A DNA stretch of 52,213 nucleotides, taken from the NCBI GenBank assembly GCA_037139855.1, contig JBAXFM010000002.1, positions 1-52,213 on the forward strand, read 5' to 3'. This DNA comes from Bacteroidota bacterium (GTDB lineage Bacteria > Bacteroidota > Bacteroidia > Bacteroidales > FEN-979). The notes beneath the pieces were generated by a model. It searched no databases. It was not told where the DNA came from and saw only the letters and a program-made list of their open reading frames with translations. The position numbers and the translations under genes are program-made. Of this stretch, positions 19,362 through 27,635 are shown piece after piece. The first letter of the stretch is position 1, and every line of letters starts with the position of its first letter.

Positions 19362-20552
19362 TTAAAGGAATTTGTTCTTCAGGGTAATGGTGTAAACACT
19401 TGTGAGGAGATCTCTTTCAACTTCATCAAAAGTACGACGGCGGCGTTTAAATACAATTTCAGCCACCTCCATTGCCTTTTTAATACTGTAATTGGTATGA
19501 CCGGCAGTACCTCCCCAGGTAAAGGAAGGAACAAAGTTGCGCTGGAAACCAGAACCAAAAACATTAGCGCTTACCCCAACAACGGTACCGGTGTTGAACA
19601 TGGTGTTTATGGCGCATTTTGAATGATCGCCCATAATCAGTCCACAAAATTGCAGATGGGTGTTGATAAAGGTTTGTTTGCCATAACTCCAGATCCGCAC
19701 GTGGTCATAGGTGTTTTTCAGATTGGAGGTATTTGTATCGGCTCCAAGATTGCACCACTCCCCGATAACTGAATGCCCCAGGAAACCATCGTGGGCTTTA
19801 TTTGAAAAACCAAAAAGGACCGAATTGTTAATTTCTCCGCCTACCCGGCAATAAGGACCCACCGTAGTGGGGCCATAAATTTTGGCAGCCATTTTAACCT
19901 GAGCGCCTTCACACAAGGCAAATGGCCCCCTGATCATGGCGCCTTCCATAATTTCAGTGTCTTTGCCGATGTAAATCGGACCGGTGGTACCGTTGAGGAT
20001 CGCGCACTCAACCTTTGCTCCCTTTTCAATAAAAATATTCTCAGCGCCCAACACTTTATTTGTATCACTAAGCTTTTGCGATTTCCTGCCTTTGGTCAGC
20101 AAGTTAAAATCGTCGATGAGGGAAACTTCATTTTTCGAGAAAATTTCCCAGGTATGATTGATTTTGACGGGCGCTTCCAGTATCTGTATTTCTTCAATAC
20201 CTTCGGAAGCTGCATCGCCGAGGTTGTCGAGTTCTTCGGCAGTTACATGCAAAGCAATAATCGTGTCCTTGTAAACAACTGTTTGATTCGGTTTTAACTG
20301 TTTTATAGCCTCGATAATTTCATCATTCGGACAAATGGAGCCATTGATGAGCACATTTTCTGCCATTTTAACAATGGGAAATTTCCCGCTCAAGTAACTG
20401 TCGGTAAGCGAAGAGGTTGTCGCTTTGAGTCGTTTCTCCCATTTTTCGCGGATGGTGAGAATTCCAACCCTGATATCAGCCACAGGCCGTGTAAAGGTGA
20501 GAGGCAATAAATTTGTCCGGACAATACTTTCATCAAACAGTATGTAATTCAT
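19362..20552 (-). CDS. GlmU-like putative sugar-phosphate nucleotidyltransferase with left-handed beta-helix C-terminal domain
   Basis: 396 aa. The N-terminus ILFDE...LLPLTFTRPVADIRVGILT resembles the NTP-transferase fold. The C-terminal half has hexapeptide-repeat periodicity (IGKDTEIMEGAMIRGPFALCEGAQV...). Confidence 0.65.
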   Translation of the reverse strand: MNYILFDESIVRTNLLPLTFTRPVADIRVGILTIREKWEKRLKATTSSLTDSYLSGKFPIVKMAENVLINGSICPNDEIIEAIKQLKPNQTVVYKDTIIALHVTAEELDNLGDAASEGIEEIQILEAPVKINHTWEIFSKNEVSLIDDFNLLTKGRKSQKLSDTNKVLGAENIFIEKGAKVECAILNGTTGPIYIGKDTEIMEGAMIRGPFALCEGAQVKMAAKIYGPTTVGPYCRVGGEINNSVLFGFSNKAHDGFLGHSVIGEWCNLGADTNTSNLKNTYDHVRIWSYGKQTFINTHLQFCGLIMGDHSKCAINTMFNTGTVVGVSANVFGSGFQRNFVPSFTWGGTAGHTNYSIKKAMEVAEIVFKRRRRTFDEVERDLLTSVYTITLKNKFL

Positions 20553-20598
20553 TTTATGGTAGAATTAAGGTATTGATTAGTGTAGCGGTTCTTTCGTG

Positions 20599-20606
20599 CA
20601 AATTTA
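20599..20606 (-). promoter_or_regulatory. -7 box TAAATTTG upstream of the GlmU-like gene
   Basis: Plus-strand caaattta. It lies 47 nt upstream of the ATG at 20552 and just downstream of the rpmE2 terminator candidate. Confidence 0.4.
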
Positions 20607-20621
20607 GGAAATTAAACAAAT

Positions 20622-20653
20622 AAAAAAAGAGCCCCCTGTGAAAACGGAAGCCC
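20622..20653 (-). terminator. Candidate intrinsic terminator downstream of rpmE2
   Basis: Minus-strand RNA gggcuucc-guuuucaca-gggggcuc followed by U7. The 8-bp stem includes 3 G-U pairs. It starts 25 nt after the rpmE2 stop. Confidence 0.5.
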
Positions 20654-20677
20654 TTTAAAGAATATTGTAGCAAAGGT

Positions 20678-20950
20678 TTATTTACCAGCTGCGTTTCTGT
20701 CGATATGTTTCTGGTACCTGCTTTTGAATTTATCCACACGACCGGCAGTGTCAACCAATTTCATTTTACCAGTATAGAAAGGATGTGAAGTATGGGAAAT
20801 TTCCAACTTGATCACCGGGTACTCTTTGCCATCTTCCCAAACGATGGTTTCCTTTGTTTTTACGGTTGATTTCGAAAGAAAAGTGTATTCGTTAGACATA
20901 TCTTTGAATACGACCAGTCTGTAATCTTTCGGATGAATATCTTTTTTCAT
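20678..20950 (-). CDS. rpmE2: 50S ribosomal protein L31, type B (no zinc-binding cysteines)
   Basis: 90 aa. Motifs [10 protein letters not shown] and HPFYTGK. No CxxC motif is present. Confidence 0.92.
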   Translation of the reverse strand: MKKDIHPKDYRLVVFKDMSNEYTFLSKSTVKTKETIVWEDGKEYPVIKLEISHTSHPFYTGKMKLVDTAGRVDKFKSRYQKHIDRNAAGK

Positions 20951-20976
20951 TGCAATGTGGTATTTTTATGAGGGTG

Positions 20977-21006
20977 CAAAATTAATGATTATAAATTGAT
21001 TTCCAA
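20977..21006 (-). promoter_or_regulatory. Promoter TTG-N19-TAATTTTG for rpmE2
   Basis: Plus-strand caaaatta at 20977-20984 and caa at 21004-21006. The box lies 27 nt upstream of the ATG at 20950. Confidence 0.5.
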
Positions 21007-21025
21007 AGATTTTTTCATATCAATT

Positions 21026-22066
21026 TCAAGAAAGTAAAAACTCCATGGTATCTGTTTGATCTGCATAATCCCATAAAGCCGGATTTTGTCCTTCACCCGG
21101 GCTTAACGCTTTGATACCTAAGGACATTTTGCTTATCACGCATTGAATGGATGTCAGGTTTTGAATGATCCGTTCGGCCACCTCCTCCGGGTTGTCGTAA
21201 AATTCGTAATGCAGAACGGCGATGGGCGAGGCAATTTCCGGGTCTTCTTTCAGCAAGATAAACCCGGTATCAATGAATGGAACTTGTGCAACCATGAATA
21301 TTGATTTGAAATAATCATAGTTGTTGCGGTATTTATGATGATTTGCAAAGTAGTCATACTTACCCAGCGCATGAATCAGCGGTTCGAAAATATACCCTGA
21401 CGGCATATAAATTTTCGAAATGCTGCGGCATCCCATGCCGAAAAACAACATGATATCGTCCGCAAGGCATTGCAATTCTTCTTTGGTTTCGTGGCCGGAT
21501 AAAACAGCAATGCTGTTTCGGTTTTTCCGGATGATGTGGGGATACCTGCCAAAATAAAATTCAAAATACCGGGAGGTATTCGTGTTTCCGGTGGCAATGA
21601 TGGCATCGAAATTTTCAAGTTTGCCGGAAGTAAAAGCAATATTTTCCTGCCATTCAGGCATGTGCCGGGAAAGAATGTTTGCCATTGCTGGTAAAAGCTG
21701 GTCATCGGAGGATGACAATTTAGCGTTCAGTTGATGACCCGACATTAAAACGCACAGGAAATCATGAAACCCCACTGCCGGGATGTTTCCAGCCATCACG
21801 ACTCCGAATTTCTTCTGAGTATGAACACTTTCTATTTTTACTGCATACGCCGATAACCAGCGTTCCAGGTTTTCACGCGTCAATACCTGCCCTAAGTTGT
21901 TTAAAGCAATTGCAATGTGGTTGGGGGTGAACCAGGGGTTGCGTTCCGATGCCAGCCGGGCTGCCTCAACAAGCAACACCATGTCAGCCTCTACAGAGTT
22001 TTGAGGATAGCTGCGCAGCAAGTCACCGAGGATTTCAAAGGATTTGATACGGTTGGCCAGGGTCAT
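21026..22066 (-). CDS. LuxC-like acyl-CoA reductase family protein
   Basis: ~346 aa from the ATG at 22064-22066 (MTLANRIKSFEILG). Overall resemblance to the Bacteroidota acyl-CoA reductase (LuxC) family. The 16-codon extension in the track runs through a TATCTTTG promoter box and ends next to a GC hairpin. Confidence 0.6.
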   Translation of the reverse strand: MTLANRIKSFEILGDLLRSYPQNSVEADMVLLVEAARLASERNPWFTPNHIAIALNNLGQVLTRENLERWLSAYAVKIESVHTQKKFGVVMAGNIPAVGFHDFLCVLMSGHQLNAKLSSSDDQLLPAMANILSRHMPEWQENIAFTSGKLENFDAIIATGNTNTSRYFEFYFGRYPHIIRKNRNSIAVLSGHETKEELQCLADDIMLFFGMGCRSISKIYMPSGYIFEPLIHALGKYDYFANHHKYRNNYDYFKSIFMVAQVPFIDTGFILLKEDPEIASPIAVLHYEFYDNPEEVAERIIQNLTSIQCVISKMSLGIKALSPGEGQNPALWDYADQTDTMEFLLS

Positions 22067-22080
22067 GCGGGGATTTTTTG

Positions 22081-22088
22081 CAAAGATA
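22081..22088 (-). promoter_or_regulatory. -7 box TATCTTTG upstream of the acyl-CoA reductase gene
   Basis: Plus-strand caaagata, 15 nt upstream of the ATG at 22066. Confidence 0.35.
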
Positions 22089-22122
22089 GGGGAAATTGGG
22101 TGAACAGCCCCCATCCCTGGCT

Positions 22123-22142
22123 CTTCCCCCAGGCGGGGGAAG
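22123..22142. repeat. Perfect GC-rich stem-loop (8-bp stem cttccccc/gggggaag, loop aggc)
   Basis: Read directly from the sequence. It lies in the divergent intergenic region between the acyl-CoA reductase (start 22066) and the secreted hypothetical gene (start 22269). Confidence 0.7.
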
Positions 22143-22218
22143 GGAGGATCGGCGTAGCCATTTTTCTGATGTAATCAAAGGTGGCACATCCAAAATTCCA
22201 AATTCGGAACAATGTATT

Positions 22219-22226
22219 TAACTTTG
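22219..22226 (+). promoter_or_regulatory. -7 box TAACTTTG upstream of the secreted hypothetical gene
   Basis: Exact TAnnTTTG match 42 nt upstream of the ATG at 22269. Confidence 0.4.
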
Positions 22227-22268
22227 CTGTGTTCTATTTAACGGCTTTCATATTAATACCAGTTGAAA

Positions 22269-23180
22269 ATGAAATTAAGCGTGTTGCTATTCTCCTTCAT
22301 TTTAGCCTTGATTACCGGAAACTCCTCCCCCCTTTCCGCCCAGCATTTTCAAACCATCCATCAGGCTGAAGATTCCCTGAAATCGATCCTCACCTCTTTA
22401 AACCAGGCGAAAGATGACAGCGCTAAAAATATATTCAATCAAATGTTTGCGAATATATTATCTGAGGCGCTTCAATTTCCTTCTTCTGACAATTACCCGT
22501 TTGATTCGCTTAAAACGCTCATTAAAATTACTTCTCCTGACAACAAATTCAGGATTTTCCACTGGAATCTTCCAACTGCTGACGGGAAACACCGGTACTA
22601 TGGCTTTATAAAGCTTCTTAATCAGGAGCCACCCATGATTTATCGACTTACCGACAAATCCGACTCGCTGCCCTCACCGGACACAGCCCTCCTTGACAAC
22701 CTGCATTGGTTCGGCGCATTGTATTATAAGATCATCCCCGGTGAGACAGCTTCGGGTGAACAAATTTACACCCTGCTTGGGTGGGCAGGCGAAAACACAC
22801 TGATAACCCAAAAAGTCATTGAGGTGCTTACCTTTGATGATCATGGCAGCCCTCATTTCGGACTGAGAATTTTTCCTGATTATAAGGGAGGAAACATGGC
22901 CAGGATTATATTCAGGTACTCAGCTGCCACATCTATGTCGCTGAAATACGAGTTGCAGCCCATGGCAACCAGGCAGAAATATAACAGCAAAAAAAGGGCG
23001 TTTGACTATACTGTTGGTGAAGTCCGCATGATTATCGCCGACAGGATGGTTCCTCCCGATCCCCGGATGGAAGGTCAGTATCAGTTTTATGTTGCCTCAG
23101 GCGATGTATTTGATGGCTTTTTGTTTAAGCAGAACCATTGGGCCTTTATTGCCGGAATCGACGCACGAAATAAAAATTGA
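22269..23180 (+). CDS. Secreted hypothetical protein
   Basis: The ATG at 22269 gives the signal peptide MKLSVLLFSFILALITGNSSPLSAQ. 303 aa, no motif recognised. Confidence 0.55.
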   Translation: MKLSVLLFSFILALITGNSSPLSAQHFQTIHQAEDSLKSILTSLNQAKDDSAKNIFNQMFANILSEALQFPSSDNYPFDSLKTLIKITSPDNKFRIFHWNLPTADGKHRYYGFIKLLNQEPPMIYRLTDKSDSLPSPDTALLDNLHWFGALYYKIIPGETASGEQIYTLLGWAGENTLITQKVIEVLTFDDHGSPHFGLRIFPDYKGGNMARIIFRYSAATSMSLKYELQPMATRQKYNSKKRAFDYTVGEVRMIIADRMVPPDPRMEGQYQFYVASGDVFDGFLFKQNHWAFIAGIDARNKN

Positions 23181-23286
23181 CAATTTTTGGTTTTTTTTGA
23201 ATTACCTTCAAATTTATTTACTTTGTTTTCTTATTATTGCAGTACTAAATCCAACACTGCAGATCTTAACTTAAAACCTTCATTTT

Positions 23287-24357
23287 ATGAAAAAGTACAA
23301 CTTTAACGCAGGTCCCTCTATCCTTCCCCGCATTGCTGTGGAAAACTCAGCCAAAGCCATTCTCGACCTAAATGGCATCGGCTTATCGTTGCTTGAAATA
23401 TCTCATCGCAGCAAAGATTTTCAAGCCATTCTTGATGAAACGGTAGCCCTGTTTCATGAACTTCTTAACATTCCTGAAGGGTATCAGGTGATTTTTCTTG
23501 GCGGAGGCGCCAGCATGCAATTCTGCATGATCCCCTATAACTTTCTGAATAAAAAAGCGGCTTACCTCGAAACAGGTGTATGGGCCCAGAAGGCCATCAA
23601 AGAGGCAAAGTTTTTTGGCGAGGTCAATGTGGTTGCAACTTCTGCCGATAAAAATTTCTGTTATGTCCCTACCGGATATACCATTCCGGCAGATGCCGAT
23701 TATTTCCACATCACTACCAACAATACTATTTACGGTTCAGAAATCAGGGTTGACATGGACAGTCCTGTGCCTTTGATTGCCGATATGTCATCAGATATCC
23801 TCAGTCGTCCGGTCGATGTTTCCAAATATGCCATGATTTACGGGGGCGCTCAGAAAAACCTGGGTCCTGCAGGCGTTACTTTTGTGATTATCAAAGAGGA
23901 TTTACTGGTAAAAGCTGATCGGAAAATTCCAACCATGCTTAACTATTCAACCCATACCAAAGAACCTTCGCTTTACAATACTCCTCCTGTTTTCGCGATC
24001 TTTACCTGCCTCGAAACATTGCGCTGGATTAAAAGTCTCGGTGGTGTAAAAGCCGTGGAAGCCATGAATATCGCGAAAGCCAATCTTTTATACGATGCCA
24101 TCGACAACAGCAAAATTTTCGTTGGAACCGTTGCAAAAGAGAGTCGGTCGCTGATGAATATTTGTTTCGTGATGAAAGATGCCTACAAAGACAAGGAAGA
24201 TGCTTTTATGGAATTTTCAAAAACCAAAGGAATGATCGGGATCAAGGGTCACAGATCAGTTGGAGGTTTCAGAGCTTCAGTCTACAATGCCATGCCGATT
24301 GAAAGTGTGCAGGCCCTGGTTGATGCCATGAACGAATTTGAAAAAATAAACGCTTAA
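23287..24357 (+). CDS. serC: Phosphoserine aminotransferase
   Basis: 356 aa. N-terminus [11 protein letters not shown], and GGGASMQF, are typical of SerC. Adjacent to serA. Confidence 0.92.
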   Translation: MKKYNFNAGPSILPRIAVENSAKAILDLNGIGLSLLEISHRSKDFQAILDETVALFHELLNIPEGYQVIFLGGGASMQFCMIPYNFLNKKAAYLETGVWAQKAIKEAKFFGEVNVVATSADKNFCYVPTGYTIPADADYFHITTNNTIYGSEIRVDMDSPVPLIADMSSDILSRPVDVSKYAMIYGGAQKNLGPAGVTFVIIKEDLLVKADRKIPTMLNYSTHTKEPSLYNTPPVFAIFTCLETLRWIKSLGGVKAVEAMNIAKANLLYDAIDNSKIFVGTVAKESRSLMNICFVMKDAYKDKEDAFMEFSKTKGMIGIKGHRSVGGFRASVYNAMPIESVQALVDAMNEFEKINA

Positions 24358-24370
24358 GTATGTCTTATAA

Positions 24371-24390
24371 CCTCATCCTTCAGGATGAGG
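24371..24390 (+). promoter_or_regulatory. Intercistronic stem-loop between serC and serA (8-bp stem cctcatcc/ggatgagg, loop ttca)
   Basis: Perfect inverted repeat 14 nt after the serC stop and 19 nt before the serA ATG at 24409. No U-tract follows. Confidence 0.6.
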
Positions 24391-24408
24391 CTCTTAAACC
24401 AAAATCAT

Positions 24409-25332
24409 ATGACAAAAGTATTGGTTGCTACGGATAAGCCATTTGCGGCTTCCGCAGTAAAAGGTATCCGCAAAGTGGTAGAAGATGCCGGATTCGAGTT
24501 AGTACTATTAGAAAATTATACAAGCCAGGACGATTTCATCAAAGCGGTGGAAGATGTTGATGCTGTGATCATCCGAAGTGATAAAGCTGACAAAGCCGTT
24601 ATTGAAGCCGGCGCCAGACTGAAAATTATTGTCCGTGCCGGCGCTGGTTATGATAACATCGACCTCCAGGCTGCTACGGCCAAAGGGGTGGTTGCGATGA
24701 ATACCCCCGGTCAGAATTCCAACGCAGTTGCAGAACTTGCACTGGGTATGATGGTCTATTACGCCCGTGGATTCTTCAATGGCAAATCAGGCAGCGAACT
24801 GATGGGTAAAAAACTGGGTATTCATGCCTACGGATTTGTGGGAAAAAATGTTGCCCGCATTGCTAAGGGGTTTGGCATGGAAGTTTATGCCTTCGATCCG
24901 TTTATCTCCCGTCAGGAAATAGAAAAAGATGGCGTGAAGTGGATCGGCACTGTGGAAGAACTATACAGTACCTGCCATTTTATCTCCCTGCACATTCCTG
25001 CCAACAGTCAAACAAAGTTGTCGGTCAACTACGCATTGCTTTCAAGGATGCCGATTCCTGCATGTCTTGTTAATACGGCAAGAGCCGAGGTAATTCACGA
25101 GGCCGACTTGTTGAAAATGTTCCAGGAAAGGAAAGATTTTGCTTACCTTACAGATGTTGAACCCACAAATAAAAGTGAGATTGAAGCCGGTTTTAAAGCC
25201 AAATTCTTTTCTACACCGAAAAAAATGGGAGCCCAAACCGAGGAGGCAAATATAAACGCCGGAATTGCGGCAGCAAGGCAGATTGTCAGCTTTATCAAAG
25301 AAGGGGATAAAACTTTTCAGGTTAATAAATAA
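24409..25332 (+). CDS. serA: D-3-phosphoglycerate dehydrogenase (short form, D-2-hydroxyacid dehydrogenase family)
   Basis: NAD-binding GxGxxG (GIHAYGFVGKNVA) and the RAGAGYDNID motif. I prefer the ATG at 24409 (MTKVLVATDKPF), because the track ATG at 24385 lies inside the 3' arm of an intercistronic hairpin. Confidence 0.85.
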   Translation: MTKVLVATDKPFAASAVKGIRKVVEDAGFELVLLENYTSQDDFIKAVEDVDAVIIRSDKADKAVIEAGARLKIIVRAGAGYDNIDLQAATAKGVVAMNTPGQNSNAVAELALGMMVYYARGFFNGKSGSELMGKKLGIHAYGFVGKNVARIAKGFGMEVYAFDPFISRQEIEKDGVKWIGTVEELYSTCHFISLHIPANSQTKLSVNYALLSRMPIPACLVNTARAEVIHEADLLKMFQERKDFAYLTDVEPTNKSEIEAGFKAKFFSTPKKMGAQTEEANINAGIAAARQIVSFIKEGDKTFQVNK

Positions 25333-25417
25333 CCCATTGGTTTAAATTTTACCTATTATTGCACGCTAAAAGGATTAATCATCTTAAACTTAATCATTAA
25401 CTAAAAGAGCTGAAACC

Positions 25418-25843
25418 ATGGAAAACGAACACGAAAGGCCGACTACTTTCTTTAGGTTTGAAGACCTGAGAATTTACCATAAGGCTCTTGAATACGTCGA
25501 TTGGGTCTTTATAGAGGCTAAGAATACCCGTGAAGATCCATTCATGAAATCGTATTTTGAACGGTTTCTGACTTCTGCCAATGGAATCGCATTAAACATC
25601 GCCGAAGGTTCATCCCGCAATAAAAGCCAGTTTGTTTATTACCTCAAAATGGCAAAAAGTTCTGTCAGGGAATGTGTCGTTGTGTCTACAATTGGCCAAA
25701 GCCGTGGATTTATCAGCAGCAGCGCTTACGATGAATCCAAAAACCGGCTGATGGAAATGACCAAGATGATCGGCGCCCTGATTGGTTCGTTGCAACGCAG
25801 CATCAAACCAGGTGAACTTGACGACGATGAAGGTCCGGATTAA
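25418..25843 (+). CDS. Four-helix-bundle protein (23S rRNA intervening-sequence protein / Avd-like family)
   Basis: 141 aa. Pattern LRIYHKALEYV...IALNIAEGSSR.S..F..YL..A..S..E is characteristic of the family. Confidence 0.8.
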   Translation: MENEHERPTTFFRFEDLRIYHKALEYVDWVFIEAKNTREDPFMKSYFERFLTSANGIALNIAEGSSRNKSQFVYYLKMAKSSVRECVVVSTIGQSRGFISSSAYDESKNRLMEMTKMIGALIGSLQRSIKPGELDDDEGPD

Positions 25844-25879
25844 TTTCATTCACTCATAAAAACTAAATTACAAACTGCT

Positions 25880-27130
25880 ATGGCTATTTTAAAACCATTC
25901 AAAGGGCTGAGACCTCCATTTACCATTGCGAAGGATCTGGCATCGCGGCCTTATGATGTACTGAACTCTGCAGAAGCAAGGGAAGAGGCAAAAGGAAACC
26001 CATACTCACTCCTGCATATCATTAAACCAGAAATTGATTTACCTGAATCACTGGACATTCATTCACAGCCGGTTTACGATAAGGCAAAAGAAAATTTTGA
26101 ACTTTTCAAAGAACAGGGCTGGCTGAAACCCGAAAACGAAGAACTGTTGTACATCTATGCCCAAACCATGAATGGGAAAACCCAATACGGGATTGTGGGA
26201 TGTGCAGGGGTTGCCGACTACCTGAACGGGATCATTAAAAAACATGAACTTACCCGAAAAGATAAGGAAGAAGACCGGATGAAGCACGTTCGCATTACCA
26301 ATGCCAACATGGAACCCGTTTTCTTTACCTATCCGGCGGTTGCGGAGATTGATGAGATTGTTGCAAACTTCATCAGCATTCACAAACCAATATATGATTT
26401 TACCGCAAGTGATGGCGTTGGACACCATTTTTGGGTTATTGAAGACCAGGAAGTTAACCAGCGAATAGTCAAACTGTTTCAGACCAAAGTTCCATTTACC
26501 TATGTTGCCGACGGGCATCACCGCACCGCTGCGGCTGCTCTGGTTGGAAATGAGAAGAAACTCCATAATCCAAATCACAACGGCTCGGAAGAGTATAATT
26601 ACTTTCTTGCTGTCCATTTCCCTGACAATCAACTTTCAATCATTGATTATAACCGGGTTGTCAAGGATCTGAATGGTTTATCCCCGCAAGAGTTCCTGAA
26701 CAAACTTGAAGCGGTATTCACCATTGAAAAGAAGGGAGCGGAAATTTATAAACCAGGTTCGTTGCATAACTTTGGATTGTACATGGAGGGTATCTGGTAT
26801 TCCATGACGGCAAAAGAGGGAACGTTCAACGATGCTGATCCGATTGGCGTGCTTGATGTTACCATCCTTTCGCGACTGGTTTTGGATAATATTCTGGGTA
26901 TCACTGATCTCAGAACTTCCAACCGTATCGATTTTGTTGGAGGGATCCGTGGACTTGGCGAACTGAAAAAACGGGTGGATGGTGGTGAAATGAAAGCTGC
27001 CTTCGCTTTGTACCCTGTTTCAATGAAGCAGCTGATTGATATTGCCGATTCGGGAAATATCATGCCGCCGAAAACCACTTGGTTTGAACCTAAACTGCGG
27101 TCGGGGTTGGTGGTTCATTCGCTGGACTAA
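25880..27130 (+). CDS. DUF1015 domain-containing protein
   Basis: 416 aa. The N-terminus ILKPFKGLRP and the ADGHHR motif (YVADGHHRTAAA) are typical of DUF1015. Conserved neighbourhood with serC/serA. Confidence 0.85.
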   Translation: MAILKPFKGLRPPFTIAKDLASRPYDVLNSAEAREEAKGNPYSLLHIIKPEIDLPESLDIHSQPVYDKAKENFELFKEQGWLKPENEELLYIYAQTMNGKTQYGIVGCAGVADYLNGIIKKHELTRKDKEEDRMKHVRITNANMEPVFFTYPAVAEIDEIVANFISIHKPIYDFTASDGVGHHFWVIEDQEVNQRIVKLFQTKVPFTYVADGHHRTAAAALVGNEKKLHNPNHNGSEEYNYFLAVHFPDNQLSIIDYNRVVKDLNGLSPQEFLNKLEAVFTIEKKGAEIYKPGSLHNFGLYMEGIWYSMTAKEGTFNDADPIGVLDVTILSRLVLDNILGITDLRTSNRIDFVGGIRGLGELKKRVDGGEMKAAFALYPVSMKQLIDIADSGNIMPPKTTWFEPKLRSGLVVHSLD

Positions 27131-27140
27131 CGCTTTATTA

Positions 27141-27178
27141 TTTCTCGCAGATTTTTCTCGCTGATTCTTGCGGATTAA
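27141..27178 (+). repeat. GCAGATTTTCGC-family repeat, copy B (partial, forward)
   Basis: Sequence tttctcgcagatttttctcgctgattcttgcggattaa. The first 15 nt are the exact reverse complement of 27614-27628. Confidence 0.7.
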
Positions 27179-27261
27179 TATTATGATTGGCGCAACTATA
27201 CCACACGAATTTATTTTTCCAAATTGCTTCCGACATTCCAGACCCATTTATCATTGGTCTT

Positions 27262-27438
27262 TCCCGGCTCCGTAGGAGCCAGATTTTGGTAGAAATTATG
27301 CCACCACCCCAATCTCTGCGCACCGTAGGTGCGCAATTAATTTTTGATTCAAATTCTCCGATAGATTATGTCGCACCTACGGCGCGAAATGCACCCATAA
27401 CGCATCGTGCTAACAGAATTTCGCTCCTATGAAGCGCA
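27262..27438. repeat. Inverted duplication of a ~75-nt unit carrying four short GC-rich hairpins with GTA/TAC loops
   Basis: The four hairpins are ggctcc-gta-ggagcc (27266-27280), tgcgcacc-gta-ggtgcgca (27317-27335), tcgcacc-tac-ggcgcga (27371-27387) and cgctcc-tat-gaagcg (27422-27436). The reverse complement of the right half aligns by eye with the left half, e.g. cttcataggagcgaaattctgttag against ctccgtaggagccagattttggtag. Confidence 0.7.
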
Positions 27439-27608
27439 GTAAAAAAGGTCTCTAATAGTTTGTTTGAATTCTACGAATCACATAAGAGAAAACGAAACCC
27501 CGGAAGGGGTGGCTTAAGGACCGGTAGCATCGAGAAATATTGATTGAATAGATTTGTATAAAAAGTAACCCTCCAAAGGGAAAGCCTGGGTAGTGGTCAT
27601 TCTTTTTT

Positions 27609-27635
27609 CCGCGAAAATCTGCGAGAAATTTTTAA
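27609..27635 (-). repeat. GCAGATTTTCGC-family repeat, copy C (partial, inverted)
   Basis: The reverse complement reads attaaaaatttctcgcagattttcgcgg. It forms an inverted pair with copy B, about 460 nt away. Confidence 0.7.

Noticed and set aside
23172-23198. Terminator after the secreted hypothetical gene (aaaaattg-a-caattttt followed by a T-run)
   Set aside because: The stem is entirely A-T with an impossible 1-nt loop (at best 6 A-U pairs), which is too weak to call.
25418-25843. Four-helix-bundle protein as the Avd component of a diversity-generating retroelement
   Set aside because: No reverse transcriptase gene and no template/variable repeat pair is present within the flanking 20 kb. 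The neighbours are serA and DUF1015.
27187-27432. 81-aa ORF (and the overlapping minus-strand ORFs 27020..27247 and 27138..27323) in the non-coding island
   Set aside because: The reading frame is carried by the GTA-loop hairpins and their inverted copies (peptides LRRS, LRTVGAQ, VAPTARN), so the ORF is a by-product of the repeats. It has a TTG start, no promoter box and no coding-like composition.
27262-27438. Regularly spaced hairpin repeats as a degenerate CRISPR array
   Set aside because: There are only four units. The period of about 52 nt is too short for repeat plus spacer. The repeats are about 15-19 nt and two of them are inverted relative to the others. No cas genes are present in the window.
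27440-27600. Known structured RNA (SRP RNA because of the ccccGGAAgggg tetraloop hairpin; RNase P because of gggaaagcctggg)
   Set aside because: The flanking sequence lacks the conserved SRP domain IV loops (GGAA followed by GGAAGCAGC-type strand). It also lacks the other universally conserved RNase P blocks, and the length and layout do not fit. I leave it as an unidentified non-coding region pending an Rfam scan.
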